IMG/VR virus record: IMGVR_UViG_3300038318_000521
Coordinates: 830 to 64,829 of that record
Source of the DNA: a virus
Taxonomy: Duplodnaviria; Caudoviricetes
Reading direction: 5' to 3' (one strand)
DNA: 64,000 bases
This document shows positions 44,655-55,698 of the stretch, piece by piece. The translations under genes were made by a program, and so were the position numbers. Positions within the stretch are counted from its first letter, which is position 1, and the number at the start of each line of letters is the position of its first letter. The notes beneath the pieces are model-generated. The model saw nothing but the letters and a program-made list of their open reading frames with translations. It had not been told where the DNA came from and ran no database searches.

Positions 44655-45288
44655 CTCCGGCTACCTCCCTGTGTATCTCCTCCCACAATTCGGGGTTTTT
44701 CTTTTTCAAAAGGCGTTCTTTGAACTGCCACTTATTTCTATCTCGTCTCAACCTTTGCTTTTCTTCGTTTGCTTTTCTGAGCTGGTTTTCTAAACGAGAT
44801 GATTTTCTTTTTTCTACTCGGTATGGTTCTTGTCCAATATCTCCCGTCCGCCTGGCGATACTCGCAACAAATTGCCACTTTAGCAAAGGGTTGTTGTTTG
44901 TGGCGGGGCGCTTTACAATGCGAAGGGCATCATCCTTGACGATCATTAACCCACACTCTTCGGGGACCTCCTCCGCCCCAATCAAGCCAGCGGGTGTCAC
45001 GAAGTAAAACTCGTTAGAGTGGGCTATCGCCTGTTGTCTTTTGTCTGGGTTGGCTATCTCTGACAAAAAGTCTGATCGTGAAACTTTAATTTCAAAGGCG
45101 ATAGAGGTCAGTCCTTTGGAGGGCCAGCAGTTAATCGCCCAGCCATCTAACCTCTGTTCTGGGTTTTTAACCTGATTATGATCAAATCCCACATATCCGG
45201 TACCCACTCGCAGCTCTGAGAAAAAAGCCCATTCGGGAGGACTATATCTCCGTCTAAGTAGCTCTGTTATCTCCTTTGCGGTCATCAC
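44638..45288 (-). CDS. MmcB-like PD-(D/E)xK nuclease
   Basis: RLDGWAI...FEIKVSRSDF..E...K...NEFYFVTP.GLI...EVPEECGL. Confidence 0.75.
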   Translation of the reverse strand: MMTAKEITELLRRRYSPPEWAFFSELRVGTGYVGFDHNQVKNPEQRLDGWAINCWPSKGLTSIAFEIKVSRSDFLSEIANPDKRQQAIAHSNEFYFVTPAGLIGAEEVPEECGLMIVKDDALRIVKRPATNNNPLLKWQFVASIARRTGDIGQEPYRVEKRKSSRLENQLRKANEEKQRLRRDRNKWQFKERLLKKKNPELWEEIHREVAGDEPRD

Positions 45289-45571
45289 CTAACACCTCCA
45301 TATCCTCTGGTAATACATGCACAGGTTTCCGATGCAGATCGTAAGCAACCAGGTAGCATTCAATGTATTTTTTTGGAAAGAATACAGCGTAATCCGGCCA
45401 GTAATCGACTATACCTTCCTGGACGTGCCTGTGGCCGATAACGATGCCATCTAATTTTTGCTCCCTGGGTACCCACTTTCGCACCGTGTGCCTCGCCTCA
45501 TGATCCCAGCGCTTTTCTGGCTCAATAATTCTTCGCACTCGTACTTTGTCGCCCAGCGTGTACTTTGTCAT
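45254..45571 (-). CDS. Hypothetical protein (SH3/KOW-like)
   Basis: Start MTKYTLGDKVRV after RBS GGAGGTG. Confidence 0.55.
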   Translation of the reverse strand: MTKYTLGDKVRVRRIIEPEKRWDHEARHTVRKWVPREQKLDGIVIGHRHVQEGIVDYWPDYAVFFPKKYIECYLVAYDLHRKPVHVLPEDMEVLGDDRKGDNRAT

Positions 45572-46403
45572 CCCCCAGCACCTCCTTGTAGCTCCCCAGA
45601 GCATTGTTGATCTGGTGGAAGTGGGCCCGTGTATACCAGTTAGGTTGATGGTGCTCCAGCAAATCAAAAGCCATCTCCAACGCCGCCACAAGCTCCCGGG
45701 CGAGGGATTCACACTTTTTCGCCCGTTCCTTGTCAGTTGGCGTGGCTTTGTGATCCCCAATAATATCTAATATCGGGTCAATTTGTGTAAATGCGCCATC
45801 ATAGTACAACTCGGGGTTTTCATAACCATCCATACAATACTCAGCTATTCTTTCCAGCTTATTTTCAGCGGCAATTGCCCTTTCGGTATTATGGATGGCG
45901 GTTTCGTGTATGGTATCTGGACACTGTTCTCTTTCCGGGCTATTTGCCATAGATACTAACCAATTTAAGCTGACTTTCAGATCACGCATTACGCCGAACC
46001 TCCCCTATCATGCTTTTTGCCTTGCCCATCGCCATGTTCCAGCCAGCAAGAAACTCTGGATCATCTGTGCTAAACCTGGGTGTTAATTCGTGCTCTAGCA
46101 ACGCGATGTTTGTTCTAAGTTGTTTGTATCTCCGCTCTGCCTTGTAAGCCCTATCCTCCGCCCTCCAGGCCAAAATCTGGAACACCACACACGCAACCAA
46201 GGTAATGAATACAAATGGTTCATACATCATTCGTCACCCTCGCTTTCCCAAACCACATTGCCAAACAAATCTTTTGCTTGATAACAATCACCAAATATCG
46301 CGCTCAACGGCCTAGCTTTATCAGCAAGCTCCTGCAGGTCGTTGCCGGCGTGCATTGTGGCCATGTCGCCACGGTATAGTTGATAAGCAGGTGGTCTAGC
46401 CAT
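45522..46403 (-). other. Three coupled small hypothetical ORFs (45522-45989, 45982-46230, 46227-46403)
   Basis: ATGA-type overlaps; the 46227-46403 ORF was found manually. Confidence 0.5.
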
Positions 46404-46801
46404 CAGAACGGAATGTCATCAAATTGTGGTTCTGTCGATTCGTCCTTCGCCCAGTTTCCCGCACTTGAGCTTTCGGATTCCTTTGCCCTGTCTAAGAAAC
46501 GGACGTTATCTGCCACGATGGAGGCAGCCTTTCTACGAACGCCATTTTGGTCGTCATAGGAACGAATCTCCAGCCTGCCTTCTACTGCAACCAAACGCCC
46601 TTTTGCTAGGTGATTAGCACAGGTTTCAGCTTGCTTGCGCCAGGTTACGATGTCAATGAAGTCTGTTTCTCTCTCGCCACCTTGGGATACGAATGGCCTG
46701 TCCACTGCAAGAGTGAAATTGGTGCAAGCGTGCCCTGAACCTGTATACCGTAATTGGGGATCTGCCACAAGCCGACCAATCAAAATCGCTTTATTCAACA
46801 T
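46403..46801 (-). CDS. ssb: Single-stranded DNA-binding protein
   Basis: MLNKAILIGRL..DP.LRYT...ETDFI...KG..VAVEGRL; acidic tip DDIPF. Confidence 0.95.
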   Translation of the reverse strand: MLNKAILIGRLVADPQLRYTGSGHACTNFTLAVDRPFVSQGGERETDFIDIVTWRKQAETCANHLAKGRLVAVEGRLEIRSYDDQNGVRRKAASIVADNVRFLDRAKESESSSAGNWAKDESTEPQFDDIPF

Positions 46802-46815
46802 TGTTTTTCCTCCTT

Positions 46816-48437
46816 TTATCTCCACGTTCTATGCTTTTCAGCTATCCATTCTACCCCGTCATACTCCTCGATTTGCCATTCTACATCGTCTGGTATTTCA
46901 ATAATTTTTAACTTTGAACAAGAACTGTTTGCTTTAACGCCCAGTTCTTCCACCACTTGGACTAGAATTGGATCGTTACGGGGAATGACGTTTTCATCGG
47001 AATACGCATTGTCGGGTATCGCATTAATATCTACCGTGTCCCCGTAATCATGATGGACACAATGCACAAGGGAAAATCTTTCGTTGACACCAACTTTCTT
47101 GGCAAGATCATTCCACCCTTCTTGTCGGTAGAAATGCGCCTCTTTGCCTATTAGCTCACAGTAGCGCTGTATGGCGAGAAGCGATAATCCGAACCCTCCA
47201 TAACACCTATTGATTACTAGCTTCATCTAACTCACCCCCTTACGAAACAAATTGCTCCTAACCAACTGTTTAAGTAGTTTTTCCAGCTCATACTCCACAT
47301 TCTTAACCTCTTGCTCTGCAACTTTCTTTTCTTCTTCTAGGGCCTTGATTCTGCATGTCACTAGATTTGTTTGGTGAATCAACTGCCCGCGCTCTGATTC
47401 CAGAATGTCGATTTGCCCAGCCAAATCATCGACAACCACATCACTTTCACTCTTTACCCGTTCGGCTTCCACTCGCAGACTTTGAATCTTAGCGATTAGC
47501 TCATTCGCTATGGTCTTGTTAATATCACTGGGGAACCCATAATCAATCTCAAACACCGTGATGATGGTTTTGCCTTTTTCGTCAACCACGAAGATCCAGT
47601 GATCAGAATTGGCATAGTATAAGGATCCTTCATCACTCCACACATACTCTGCACTTTGGAATGCTTGGCGAATCTGTTCTTCTGCATTCTCGCCAGCTTT
47701 TGGATTAACCCGTTGTTCCCAGCGTTCTCTTGCGTGTTTGGTGACATTCATTTAATCGCCCTCCTTTGCTTTCAAATCGTCTAGCTTATACGTTACTACC
47801 GGCCCATTCAATGCTGCCATCTCTTCTTCGTCCCGTTTTGGAAAACGGACATGGACCCCTTCCCATTTTGGGAAGTCCGGGAAACTTCGTTCGCCGTAAT
47901 CATCATAGGTGATTCCCATTCCCGCAACGCGTCCGCCATTTGCCAGACCAGAACGCAAGAAGCTATTGACATGTCGCTTTTTACGGACCATCACTTCACC
48001 CCCCTTAGTATGAGAAGTAGATCTTTCCGCACTTTTCGCACATGACGTATATACGCCCGTTTGATATGGGCAGAAAATCATTGTGGATCTTGGCCTTCAC
48101 ATACCGATGCCTGCAGAAAAACTGTCTAAGGTGTGATTTAGTAACAATCTTGTCCATACCGTTTGCCCCTTTCGCTCTGTATCTTGTGCCGAATTGCATT
48201 CAGAGCTTGGTTCCAACCTTCGTCATATGCGTCAACCTTACCCAAGTCGAGTTTTTTCTTCAGGATATACGAGTTGTATTCCACTTCGTCTAATTGGTCC
48301 GTCAAAAGCTCAACCTCTGTCCGAAGTTTCTTGTTCTCATCCTGAGTATCAATCCACTTATCAACTTGTGTAAACATATAGACCAACACCGCAATCAGAG
48401 TAGCGATTAAACTAAAGAAGATGTAAATTTGTGCCAT
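46816..48437 (-). other. Five hypothetical early ORFs (46816-47226, 47227-47751, 47752-47991, 48005-48157, 48138-48437)
   Basis: Tight packing with RBSs. 46816-47226 is a common phage type (K.VINRCYGGFGLS...EYDGVEW). 47227-47751 begins like a RelE/Barnase-type fold (VTKHARERW.QR), which is tentative. Confidence 0.55.
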
Positions 48438-48453
48438 TGTTAATCCTCCTTTT

Positions 48454-49791
48454 TTATGCGCTTTGCTTCGCTTTACACATTTCAGGCAGGTTGGCCCTTA
48501 CTAGCGCTTCGGCAAATGGTGGTGGCACGGAATTTCCGCATTTGGCAACCTGCTCTTTTTTTGTAATGGGATTTCCTTGGGAATCGTGAGCAAAAATGTA
48601 ACCCTTTGGGAATCCTTGTGCTAGATAAAGCTCTTTTGGTTGAAGCATTCTTAGGCCAATATCTGCAATCTGGTATTCTTGCCCCAAAACAGTCACCAGC
48701 CCAAACCTATCCTTTGTTGTCACTGTATCCAATGGTCGATCTAGAGCTTGTCCCGCTCCTCGACCGTAATATTTGACCAGGAATGTTCTAACCTCGCCAA
48801 AGTGTGTGCCCCCTGCTGTAATGGTCTGAATTGGTTCCCTTACCCTTTGCCCCAAGTTTGTACCCTTGAATTTAATTAAATGACTAGTAACCAGTGCATA
48901 TCTGTTGGATGTGTCCTGTGTTAGTAGCGGACTGTCAATTGCTTGCCCCCTAGGAGAACTGTCATAGCTGTGATATTGAGTGAGGAAATGCGCCTGCGCA
49001 CCAGATTCCTTTTCAACGATGAATGGCTTCGGATTCTCAAAGACGAACTTCTCCAACCCCCCGGCGATTCTCCTTAGTGTGTTTTCAACCAAAGGACGTT
49101 TGCGAGTAAAAATACCAGGACACGGCAGAGACCAATCTATGCACTCTGCGGCCGTTCTGTAAGGCTCCTGAACTCCCGAAACCACAAGCAGACTGTCGGG
49201 CTCTCCATGTGTAGGTTCTGGCCATACGATAGGACTACCGTCACATCTTGCAATCAAGAACAATCTTTTGCGCGTTGTAGGTGCCCCATAATCACAAGCC
49301 CTAAGTTCTCGCCAGTCCACTTTGTAACCCAACCTCCGCAGCTGTTTTACGAATAGGTTAAACGTCTGCCCCTTGCGCTCAGGGCAAGGTTGTCCTGTAG
49401 CCAATAGAGGACCCCAGGTCTGAAACTCCTCCACATTTTCAAGAACGATCACTCTGGGTCTCGCCGTTTTGGCCCACCTGACAGCTAACCAAGCAAGGCC
49501 TCGAACAGCATTTTTCTTTGGTTTTCCTCCCCTAGCCTTACTAAAGTGGGTGCAATCAGGGCTGAGCCACATCAGACCTACTGGTTGCCCTTTGGTAGCC
49601 TCTTGGGGATCAACATCCCACACTGATTCTAAATAGTGTTTGGTCTTGGGATGATTCGCCTTGTGCATCGCGATTGCGATAGGATCATGATTGATGGCTA
49701 TATCGACATGCCTTCCCGTTGCCATCTCGATCCCGCTAGATGCTCCACCTCCACCTGCGAAACTGTCTACAATCAACTCCCGCATCGTCAA
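48454..49791 (-). CDS. C5 cytosine DNA methyltransferase
   Basis: DSFAGGGGAS, SPDCTHFS, LENVEEF, R.R.F and GNSVPP motifs. Confidence 0.93.
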   Translation of the reverse strand: MTMRELIVDSFAGGGGASSGIEMATGRHVDIAINHDPIAIAMHKANHPKTKHYLESVWDVDPQEATKGQPVGLMWLSPDCTHFSKARGGKPKKNAVRGLAWLAVRWAKTARPRVIVLENVEEFQTWGPLLATGQPCPERKGQTFNLFVKQLRRLGYKVDWRELRACDYGAPTTRKRLFLIARCDGSPIVWPEPTHGEPDSLLVVSGVQEPYRTAAECIDWSLPCPGIFTRKRPLVENTLRRIAGGLEKFVFENPKPFIVEKESGAQAHFLTQYHSYDSSPRGQAIDSPLLTQDTSNRYALVTSHLIKFKGTNLGQRVREPIQTITAGGTHFGEVRTFLVKYYGRGAGQALDRPLDTVTTKDRFGLVTVLGQEYQIADIGLRMLQPKELYLAQGFPKGYIFAHDSQGNPITKKEQVAKCGNSVPPPFAEALVRANLPEMCKAKQSA

Positions 49792-50303
49792 TCCCCCTTT
49801 TTGGGCCTAAATACAACGATCATGCTTGGGAATGGTGCTGAGTGCTTAGCCCCCACGAACTTCAACCGGCCTTTCAAGAATCGAATTTCAGATGCCTTGC
49901 TATAGATAAATTCGTGAAACCACTTTGTACAGGTTCTGGCGGGTAATAAGCAGACAACTGTTGCACCCTTCAAAGATTCCTCATACGCTTTCTGAACCCA
50001 ATCAATAACCCCTGGGACGTACACATCGTTGTGGTATCCCCTCTTCTTGCACACCTTCTTCTTACAGTTTGGCTTGCAAGGAAACTCAGGATCACCATAA
50101 GGAGGGTTCATCCAACAGATGTTATCGCCCCAGTCTTGCTTTAGTCCATCATCTTCTGGGCTGAAAAAGGTAGCCAGCTTTGAATTATGTTCTTCAGCGC
50201 AAACATCTAGTGTGAATGTAAACTCCTCGCCCAGTTCGCAAAACAACTCCCATGGTGTTTCCCAATCTTTTCTTTCGCTTGAAAACATAAGATCTGTGTC
50301 CAC
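49788..50303 (-). CDS. Phage Dam-like N6-adenine DNA methyltransferase
   Basis: DWETP..LF, FTLDVCA, CWMNPPY, VCLLPART, RFLKGRLKF. Confidence 0.9.
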   Translation of the reverse strand: MDTDLMFSSERKDWETPWELFCELGEEFTFTLDVCAEEHNSKLATFFSPEDDGLKQDWGDNICWMNPPYGDPEFPCKPNCKKKVCKKRGYHNDVYVPGVIDWVQKAYEESLKGATVVCLLPARTCTKWFHEFIYSKASEIRFLKGRLKFVGAKHSAPFPSMIVVFRPKKGD

Positions 50304-50315
50304 GTCTTTCCTCCC

Positions 50316-51665
50316 CTATTCCTTTCTCCCTTTTGTTGCATCGCTATATTTCGTTGCCCAATCACCGGGGCAGTCAATCCATTGCATGTAAGGTTGTTTG
50401 AACATCGCCAGTGTGTACTTCCCGGCGTTACCGCCTTGACGGTTCTTCGCCACCTCAATCTCTGTAATCCAATCGCCCATATCAGAGCCAAGAAATCCCG
50501 GGTCGTAATAGCCTTCACGGTAGAGAAACAAAATGACGTCTGCGAATTCCTCAATATTTCCGCTATCTCTGAGATCTGACATGAGTGGTCGCTTGTCATT
50601 TCTTGTCTCGACTCCGCGATTTAGCTGAGCCAACAAAACAACAAACACATCTATTTCTTTGGCCAAATCTCTGAGTTTCTTGACGGCTTGTCCCACTTGT
50701 AGGTAGTATTGTCTGTCATCAATGTTCATGGCTGTTAAATAGTCAACTGCAACCCACTTCATGTTTGGGTTACGCATTTTTTCTAGTCTTGCAATGGAAC
50801 ATATTTGATCTGCAGTTAGTCCTCTTCTGTCACTGATTCTGATAGGCAATTCTCGAAGCTTAGACAAGCCACTATAAAACTTATCCAGATTTTCTTTATC
50901 CAGCATTCTGCGCAAATAGCTCACAGGCATCGTTTCAAGACTGGCTATGTTCCTTTGGCCGATCTGAACATCTTCTTGCTCCAAGCTAAATATTAAACCC
51001 GGCAATCCCCTCTGAGCCCAACCGACGCACTCGGATAACATGTATGAGGTTTTTCCCATGCTCGGCCTTGCAGCCAATATGGTAATTGAACCCGATTCAA
51101 GACCTCCAACCAGATCCTGTACTCCTTGCAGATTAAGTGGATATACCGGCAGTTGCTCGCCACTCTGAATGCGCTCCTGCCTGAGAAACAGTTTTTCTGC
51201 CACATCGTGCATGCTCTTGACATCACTTTTCCCGGTTTTGTCGAACGCATCAATCATGGCCTGCTGCGCTTCAGCAATGAGCTGATCAGTCGCTTTATCA
51301 TCCTGCTGCAATTTGTTCAAGGCGTTTAAGAGTGTCTGGTAGACTACTCTGCGTTTAAAAAGGTCTTCCAACTCGAACAATAGGGACTTGGTTTCTTTGG
51401 TTGTCACGTGCCCCATGATTACATCGAGCAAATCGTCAACAGTCACACTGACCTTCCGCTTGTGCATCTCGTTGTAAATCTTAACGCTGGATGGTCTTTG
51501 TCCACCCTCCGTGAGATCAATAATTATCTCAGCTATTGTCTGATACTCTGGATCCGAAAATAACTCTGCCCGGAAATCTGGCGCGATTTCCCGCCACACC
51601 TCTGGCTGCTTAATGATATTCCCGAGTAACCTAGCTTCAACCATCAAGTTTATGTTACGATTCAT
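50316..51665 (-). CDS. dnaB: Replicative helicase (DnaB-like)
   Basis: AARPSMGKT, VDYL, QLNRGVETRNDKRPLMSDLRDSGNIE, VAKNR. Confidence 0.93.
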   Translation of the reverse strand: MNRNINLMVEARLLGNIIKQPEVWREIAPDFRAELFSDPEYQTIAEIIIDLTEGGQRPSSVKIYNEMHKRKVSVTVDDLLDVIMGHVTTKETKSLLFELEDLFKRRVVYQTLLNALNKLQQDDKATDQLIAEAQQAMIDAFDKTGKSDVKSMHDVAEKLFLRQERIQSGEQLPVYPLNLQGVQDLVGGLESGSITILAARPSMGKTSYMLSECVGWAQRGLPGLIFSLEQEDVQIGQRNIASLETMPVSYLRRMLDKENLDKFYSGLSKLRELPIRISDRRGLTADQICSIARLEKMRNPNMKWVAVDYLTAMNIDDRQYYLQVGQAVKKLRDLAKEIDVFVVLLAQLNRGVETRNDKRPLMSDLRDSGNIEEFADVILFLYREGYYDPGFLGSDMGDWITEIEVAKNRQGGNAGKYTLAMFKQPYMQWIDCPGDWATKYSDATKGRKE

Positions 51666-52504
51666 TTGCTCTCCTCCGGTAGGTACAATTCTCTGTGGCG
51701 CCTTGGGGATTCTTTTGCGGTCTTTTGTTGCGCCTGTTGTTGGTAGTTAACCCACCTGATCCCCTCGTTAAGAAAATCAGGTGCACCATTGGACTGATTG
51801 AGAAACTTTGGCAATGTCCATTTGTGTTTATAAAAGTAATCAGGATCACGGTAGATAGTGACGTATCTGTCTATAGCTTTCTTGATTTCATCAAAGGGGA
51901 GTTTATTCAATCCCTTTTGGATTTGTTTCAGCGTAGTATCGGTTTCTTTGTGGACGACAATTTCTTGTTTGTTCCAGTAGTTGAGGAGCTCATGGGCTTG
52001 GCCACTATATGTCTTTTCATTCTTATCATTCTTATCATTCTTGTTTATATTGTGCCCCTGCCTTGCCCCTCGTTCGTACTTCGTAATTCCTTCATCGTGC
52101 CCTTCGCTGTGCCCTTCATAGTTTTTCGGGTCTTGGTAAAGGTCGTAGTTGACGATGGTTACAAGTATTCCATGAGTGCCCTTCGTTGTGCCTATCATTG
52201 ATTCCCTTCGTTCGTCCTTCGTAGTTCCTTCGTAGGGAAATCGTAGCCAGTCCAAAACACTTCTAATCTGCTTGTAAGACGGGGTTTCTTTCCTGTAGCC
52301 AACCATGTACGACATAGCTTCTTGTATTTCAGGGATGGAAGTGAACAACTGCCCCCTTTTTAACCCTTTGTATTCCTTGTGCTGTGCATTAGTTAGGAGG
52401 TATATCCAAACTTTAAGATACAGAGGGGGCTTAGCCATTATTTCGCTTTCAAGTAGTTTTCTGCTTAGTAGAATGTATCCGTTTGGGATTGTTGGTTGAT
52501 TCAA
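51662..52504 (-). CDS. Phage replication initiator (lambda O / replisome-organiser-like)
   Basis: GYILLSRKL..S.I...W.YLL..A...; ITIVNYDLYQ; NKNDKNDKNEK linker; precedes the helicase. Confidence 0.85.
   Translation of the reverse strand: MNQPTIPNGYILLSRKLLESEIMAKPPLYLKVWIYLLTNAQHKEYKGLKRGQLFTSIPEIQEAMSYMVGYRKETPSYKQIRSVLDWLRFPYEGTTKDERRESMIGTTKGTHGILVTIVNYDLYQDPKNYEGHSEGHDEGITKYERGARQGHNINKNDKNDKNEKTYSGQAHELLNYWNKQEIVVHKETDTTLKQIQKGLNKLPFDEIKKAIDRYVTIYRDPDYFYKHKWTLPKFLNQSNGAPDFLNEGIRWVNYQQQAQQKTAKESPRRHRELYLPEESK
52020..52235. repeat. Iteron-like repeats, candidate replication origin inside the initiator gene
   Basis: Multiple minus-strand (C/T)GAAGG(G/A)(C/A) copies plus AAGAATGAT triplets. 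Confidence 0.55.
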
Positions 52505-53013
52505 CTATACCCCTCCACCCTATGCCTTTCTCTGTGGCAACCAACGCACAAAGTTACTCCGTTGCTTAAGGCAAGCCGTAACTCGGGATGATCCGCAAAC
52601 GCCTTCACATGGTGTGCATTCAAGGTGCCACCCCTTACTCCACAAGTCTGGCAGGTGTAACCATCTCTCTGGAACACATCATCCCGCCACTTTTTGTATT
52701 CAGGAGAATTTCTTTGTTGTCGTGGTTCCCTTTCCCATGGTGGAATAGGATTTCTCCCCCACCAAAGTTTGATTTCACCATTAGGGTCAATGCCCGCATT
52801 AATTGAATCGATACTCATGCCTGCCAAATCTAAATATTGGCGAGATGTTACCTTGCCTTGCTTAAATGAACAATCTAAACACAAGTGGTAGTCATTACCG
52901 CCATTATGGTGGGGGTGGCATTCTTCTATTTCTGTTTCGCAAACGTTGCACTCATAAATATAAAAGTCTACTAACAGGTCGCCATTTTTTATCTTTGCGA
53001 TTTTCTTTAACAT
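52501..53013 (-). CDS. HNH endonuclease
   Basis: WR..VFQRDGYTCQTC...LNAHHVK...NGVTLCVGCHRERH. Confidence 0.9.
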   Translation of the reverse strand: MLKKIAKIKNGDLLVDFYIYECNVCETEIEECHPHHNGGNDYHLCLDCSFKQGKVTSRQYLDLAGMSIDSINAGIDPNGEIKLWWGRNPIPPWEREPRQQRNSPEYKKWRDDVFQRDGYTCQTCGVRGGTLNAHHVKAFADHPELRLALSNGVTLCVGCHRERHRVEGYS

Positions 53014-53022
53014 AACACCACC

Positions 53023-54320
53023 TCACAACCTCAACTCTTTCGCAAGTTTTTTGATGGCCTGCTCGTACTCTTCTGCAGTAAGTTTACCAGCCCTAAGTTC
53101 GGATTTTAGCCGTTCATACTCATGCCATCCGCTCATACCCGATTACCTCTCTGTACATCTTCCCGATTTTTTCGTATTCTTCCAGGCTATACAGATGGAT
53201 TGGCTTTTTAAAAGGTTCGTAGCCCAGCGTACCGATAGCCTTAACGATGAATTCTTGCTGTGTTTTGTTGGCTCTTTGATGATTCGGGATCATTGTTTTT
53301 CGCAAGTTAATCCCCCCTATAGATGTTCTCTGGAGTGCACCTTGTACAACCAGTTGAACATTGTGACCAAAAATTTTATGGTTACTCTAAATCAGCCTGG
53401 GGTTTGAAGTAGTAATGTCCCCCAGCGTCGTACCGTTCCAAAAGCCAGTTCCACATCCATGAAGTTTGAAGGGTGTTGATGATAGACTCGTTACCACTCC
53501 AACCTAGGGTGTGATACTCCCAAACGTCAATGATTTCACCTCGCACTTCTACCTTCCTAGGCCCACAGGAATCACGATAAAAGTTTTCTTCCAAAGCTGC
53601 GTAAAAGACTTTATGGGCCATAATCACGTCTTCATCTGCTAAAACTTCTTCCAGGCGTTCTAACGATTCTTCTGTGGGGCATCCATTTTGATCCCATTCA
53701 ATAACCTTCATGACTTGAACCTCCTTGGGTGGGGAAGTTGAATCCCCACATCAGTTAACTAGCCTTCTTCTTGGCCCAAAGCCTAGTCATAGTTACCTTT
53801 TTGCGCTTGTTGAACCACTTGGTGTTTTGCTTGTTGAAGTTAGCGGTTTTGTCTTCTATGGGTTTTGGTTGAGTAGTGATTCCCTGGCGCATTGCCTTCT
53901 TGGTTTCCCTTTCGACCTTCATTCTGGCCTGCTTGTTCTGCTCCAGACGTTCTTGCCTGACTAATCTCCTACGCTCTTTTCGACCTTGGTTCTTTTTCAA
54001 TTAATCCACCTCCGAATGTTTTATTCAAACCAAATCCTCTTTGTAATTCCAAACCGTTTCATGTGCTTTCTAAGTTCTGTCGGGTACATCTCCAGGAAAT
54101 CAGCCGCCATCGTGACTTTGCCTGTTCGGTTGAGTTCGTTCGTAATGGTCTCCCGCAAAGGCTTATCGTGTTTTATTTCCAGTAATACCTGTTTCGGTGG
54201 ACGCTTGTCCATGCACTCTCGATTGCAGTAATACTTTCTTGGGCGATTCGACTGGCGTTTTAGTTCAGAACCGCAAGTGTAGCAAAACCCGGTTGCCTTC
54301 AACCCGTTCCAGCCTGCCAT
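53023..54320 (-). other. Five small hypothetical ORFs (53023-53136, 53120-53305, 53382-53711, 53755-54000, 54021-54320)
   Basis: RBS-preceded ORFs; 53023-53136 (SHOCT-like) was found manually. Confidence 0.5.
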
Positions 54321-54499
54321 TACTCGTCACCTTTCCGTTTTTTATTTTCGAAATCGTGCATATTTTGGTATGGAGAGGACATACTATGTAATAATGGGAG
54401 AAGTACGCCCTCTCGCTAGTTAAAAAACATTTTTTTGTGGTATAATAACCACGGAAGTTTTTGTTATGAGCCCCTAATCAGTTGCACCTGGTGGGGGCT

Positions 54500-54916
54500 T
54501 TACCATGTTCTGAAGATTCGTTGCCACAGGTTGGCGGTTCGCGCCCGTTGGTGTAGTTCCCGGTAATTTTGTGACCACCGTTCTCTGCTCTCTTGCCAAA
54601 CCTTTGCTTCGCGTTTTAGCCTTATGTTTTCTCTATCCAGACTACGAATCGCATCGTCATCCTCAATCGCCATACGAACAAGGCTTCTAATCCAGCTGGA
54701 CTTAATCTCCGCAAAAGTCAAGCCTCGTTGGCGTTGTCTCTCAATCCAGCGCAATGTCCTGACAGTGTCGGGTGCATAGACTATGCGGTCATCGTTAACC
54801 TCCGATGGGAAAAACTCCTCAAATTGTTTAAGCCACCTGCGGACCGTGGTCCTTGGTATTCCTGACTTTTGCGATAACTCCATGACGCTCAAGTATTCCA
54901 TGATTTCCGGTGTCAT
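54500..54916 (-). CDS. MerR-type HTH protein with a coiled coil
   Basis: LSVMELSQKSGIPRTTVRRW...Y....L.WI...R.GLT..EI. Confidence 0.75.
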   Translation of the reverse strand: MTPEIMEYLSVMELSQKSGIPRTTVRRWLKQFEEFFPSEVNDDRIVYAPDTVRTLRWIERQRQRGLTFAEIKSSWIRSLVRMAIEDDDAIRSLDRENIRLKREAKVWQESRERWSQNYRELHQRARTANLWQRIFRTW

Positions 54917-55434
54917 TCCTTAGCCCCCTCATTAATTAATCCGAACACTGTTTCAGCTAACCTTTTATCAGACATTTTCCCCTCAAACCATTTGTAGGCC
55001 ACTTCCTCAACTTTCTTGTTCTTACCCAGTTTAAGTTGTCGCTTTTTTATCTGCCTGTTCTCAAAAGCTTCAAAACCTGCTACCCGTTCAAACCCCGACA
55101 AATCAACAAGACGTGGCCCCATTGGCGGTTGGTTATGGGTTGTCGTTTTCAACTGTTCCAACAATTCGTTGCACCTCTCATTCATCTGTAGTTCTAACTC
55201 CCCAATCTTGCCCATTTCCTTCTCGAAATCGTTATGAACAACCACCTTGCGAAGTGTCTCGTATGCGACATCTTGTAATTCTTCTTTGGTTGCACCAAGT
55301 TTACACTCTACTCGAACATCAACTTCAACGCCATTGACGAAAAGCTCTACCCACTTCAGTTGCACGTCACCAGTGAATTTGTCTGTCATGATATCTCCTT
55401 TGCATAGTTTGTTGAGCCTCGGGGCTTGCTTCAA
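54913..55434 (-). CDS. Hypothetical protein
   Basis: ATGA coupling to the MerR-like gene. Confidence 0.5.
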   Translation of the reverse strand: MKQAPRLNKLCKGDIMTDKFTGDVQLKWVELFVNGVEVDVRVECKLGATKEELQDVAYETLRKVVVHNDFEKEMGKIGELELQMNERCNELLEQLKTTTHNQPPMGPRLVDLSGFERVAGFEAFENRQIKKRQLKLGKNKKVEEVAYKWFEGKMSDKRLAETVFGLINEGAKE

Positions 55435-55524
55435 TGATTTCGGCTAGGAAGATCATGAATGGCTCTCGCAAACCATCTGGGAATCTGCGTACTGCCCCGG
55501 GAGGGGGGTGTGTATCCTTCCCCT

Positions 55525-55698
55525 TCACAATAGACCTAGCTTCTTAGCACGGCACTGTATTGCCTGTGTACTCCTGCCTAGCGCACGATCTATGTCCCTG
55601 TTGAGCATCTCATTATAAAATTTGCATAGAAATTCATCATCCTTTAGGGTCCAGCGCTTGTGGTACTTAGCTGTTGGCAGCTGGTCAGCATCAACCAT
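55525..55698 (-). CDS. SANT/Myb-like HTH protein, 57 aa (not in the ORF track)
   Basis: RWTLKDDEFLCKFY...DRALGRSTQAIQCRAKKLGL. Confidence 0.65.
   Translation of the reverse strand: MVDADQLPTAKYHKRWTLKDDEFLCKFYNEMLNRDIDRALGRSTQAIQCRAKKLGLL

Noticed and set aside
45254-45600. Repeated GGAGGTG.TGGG.GA.GA sequences at gene junctions
   Set aside because: Explained by RBS plus ATGA coupling (EVLGDD ends), not by a mobile repeat.
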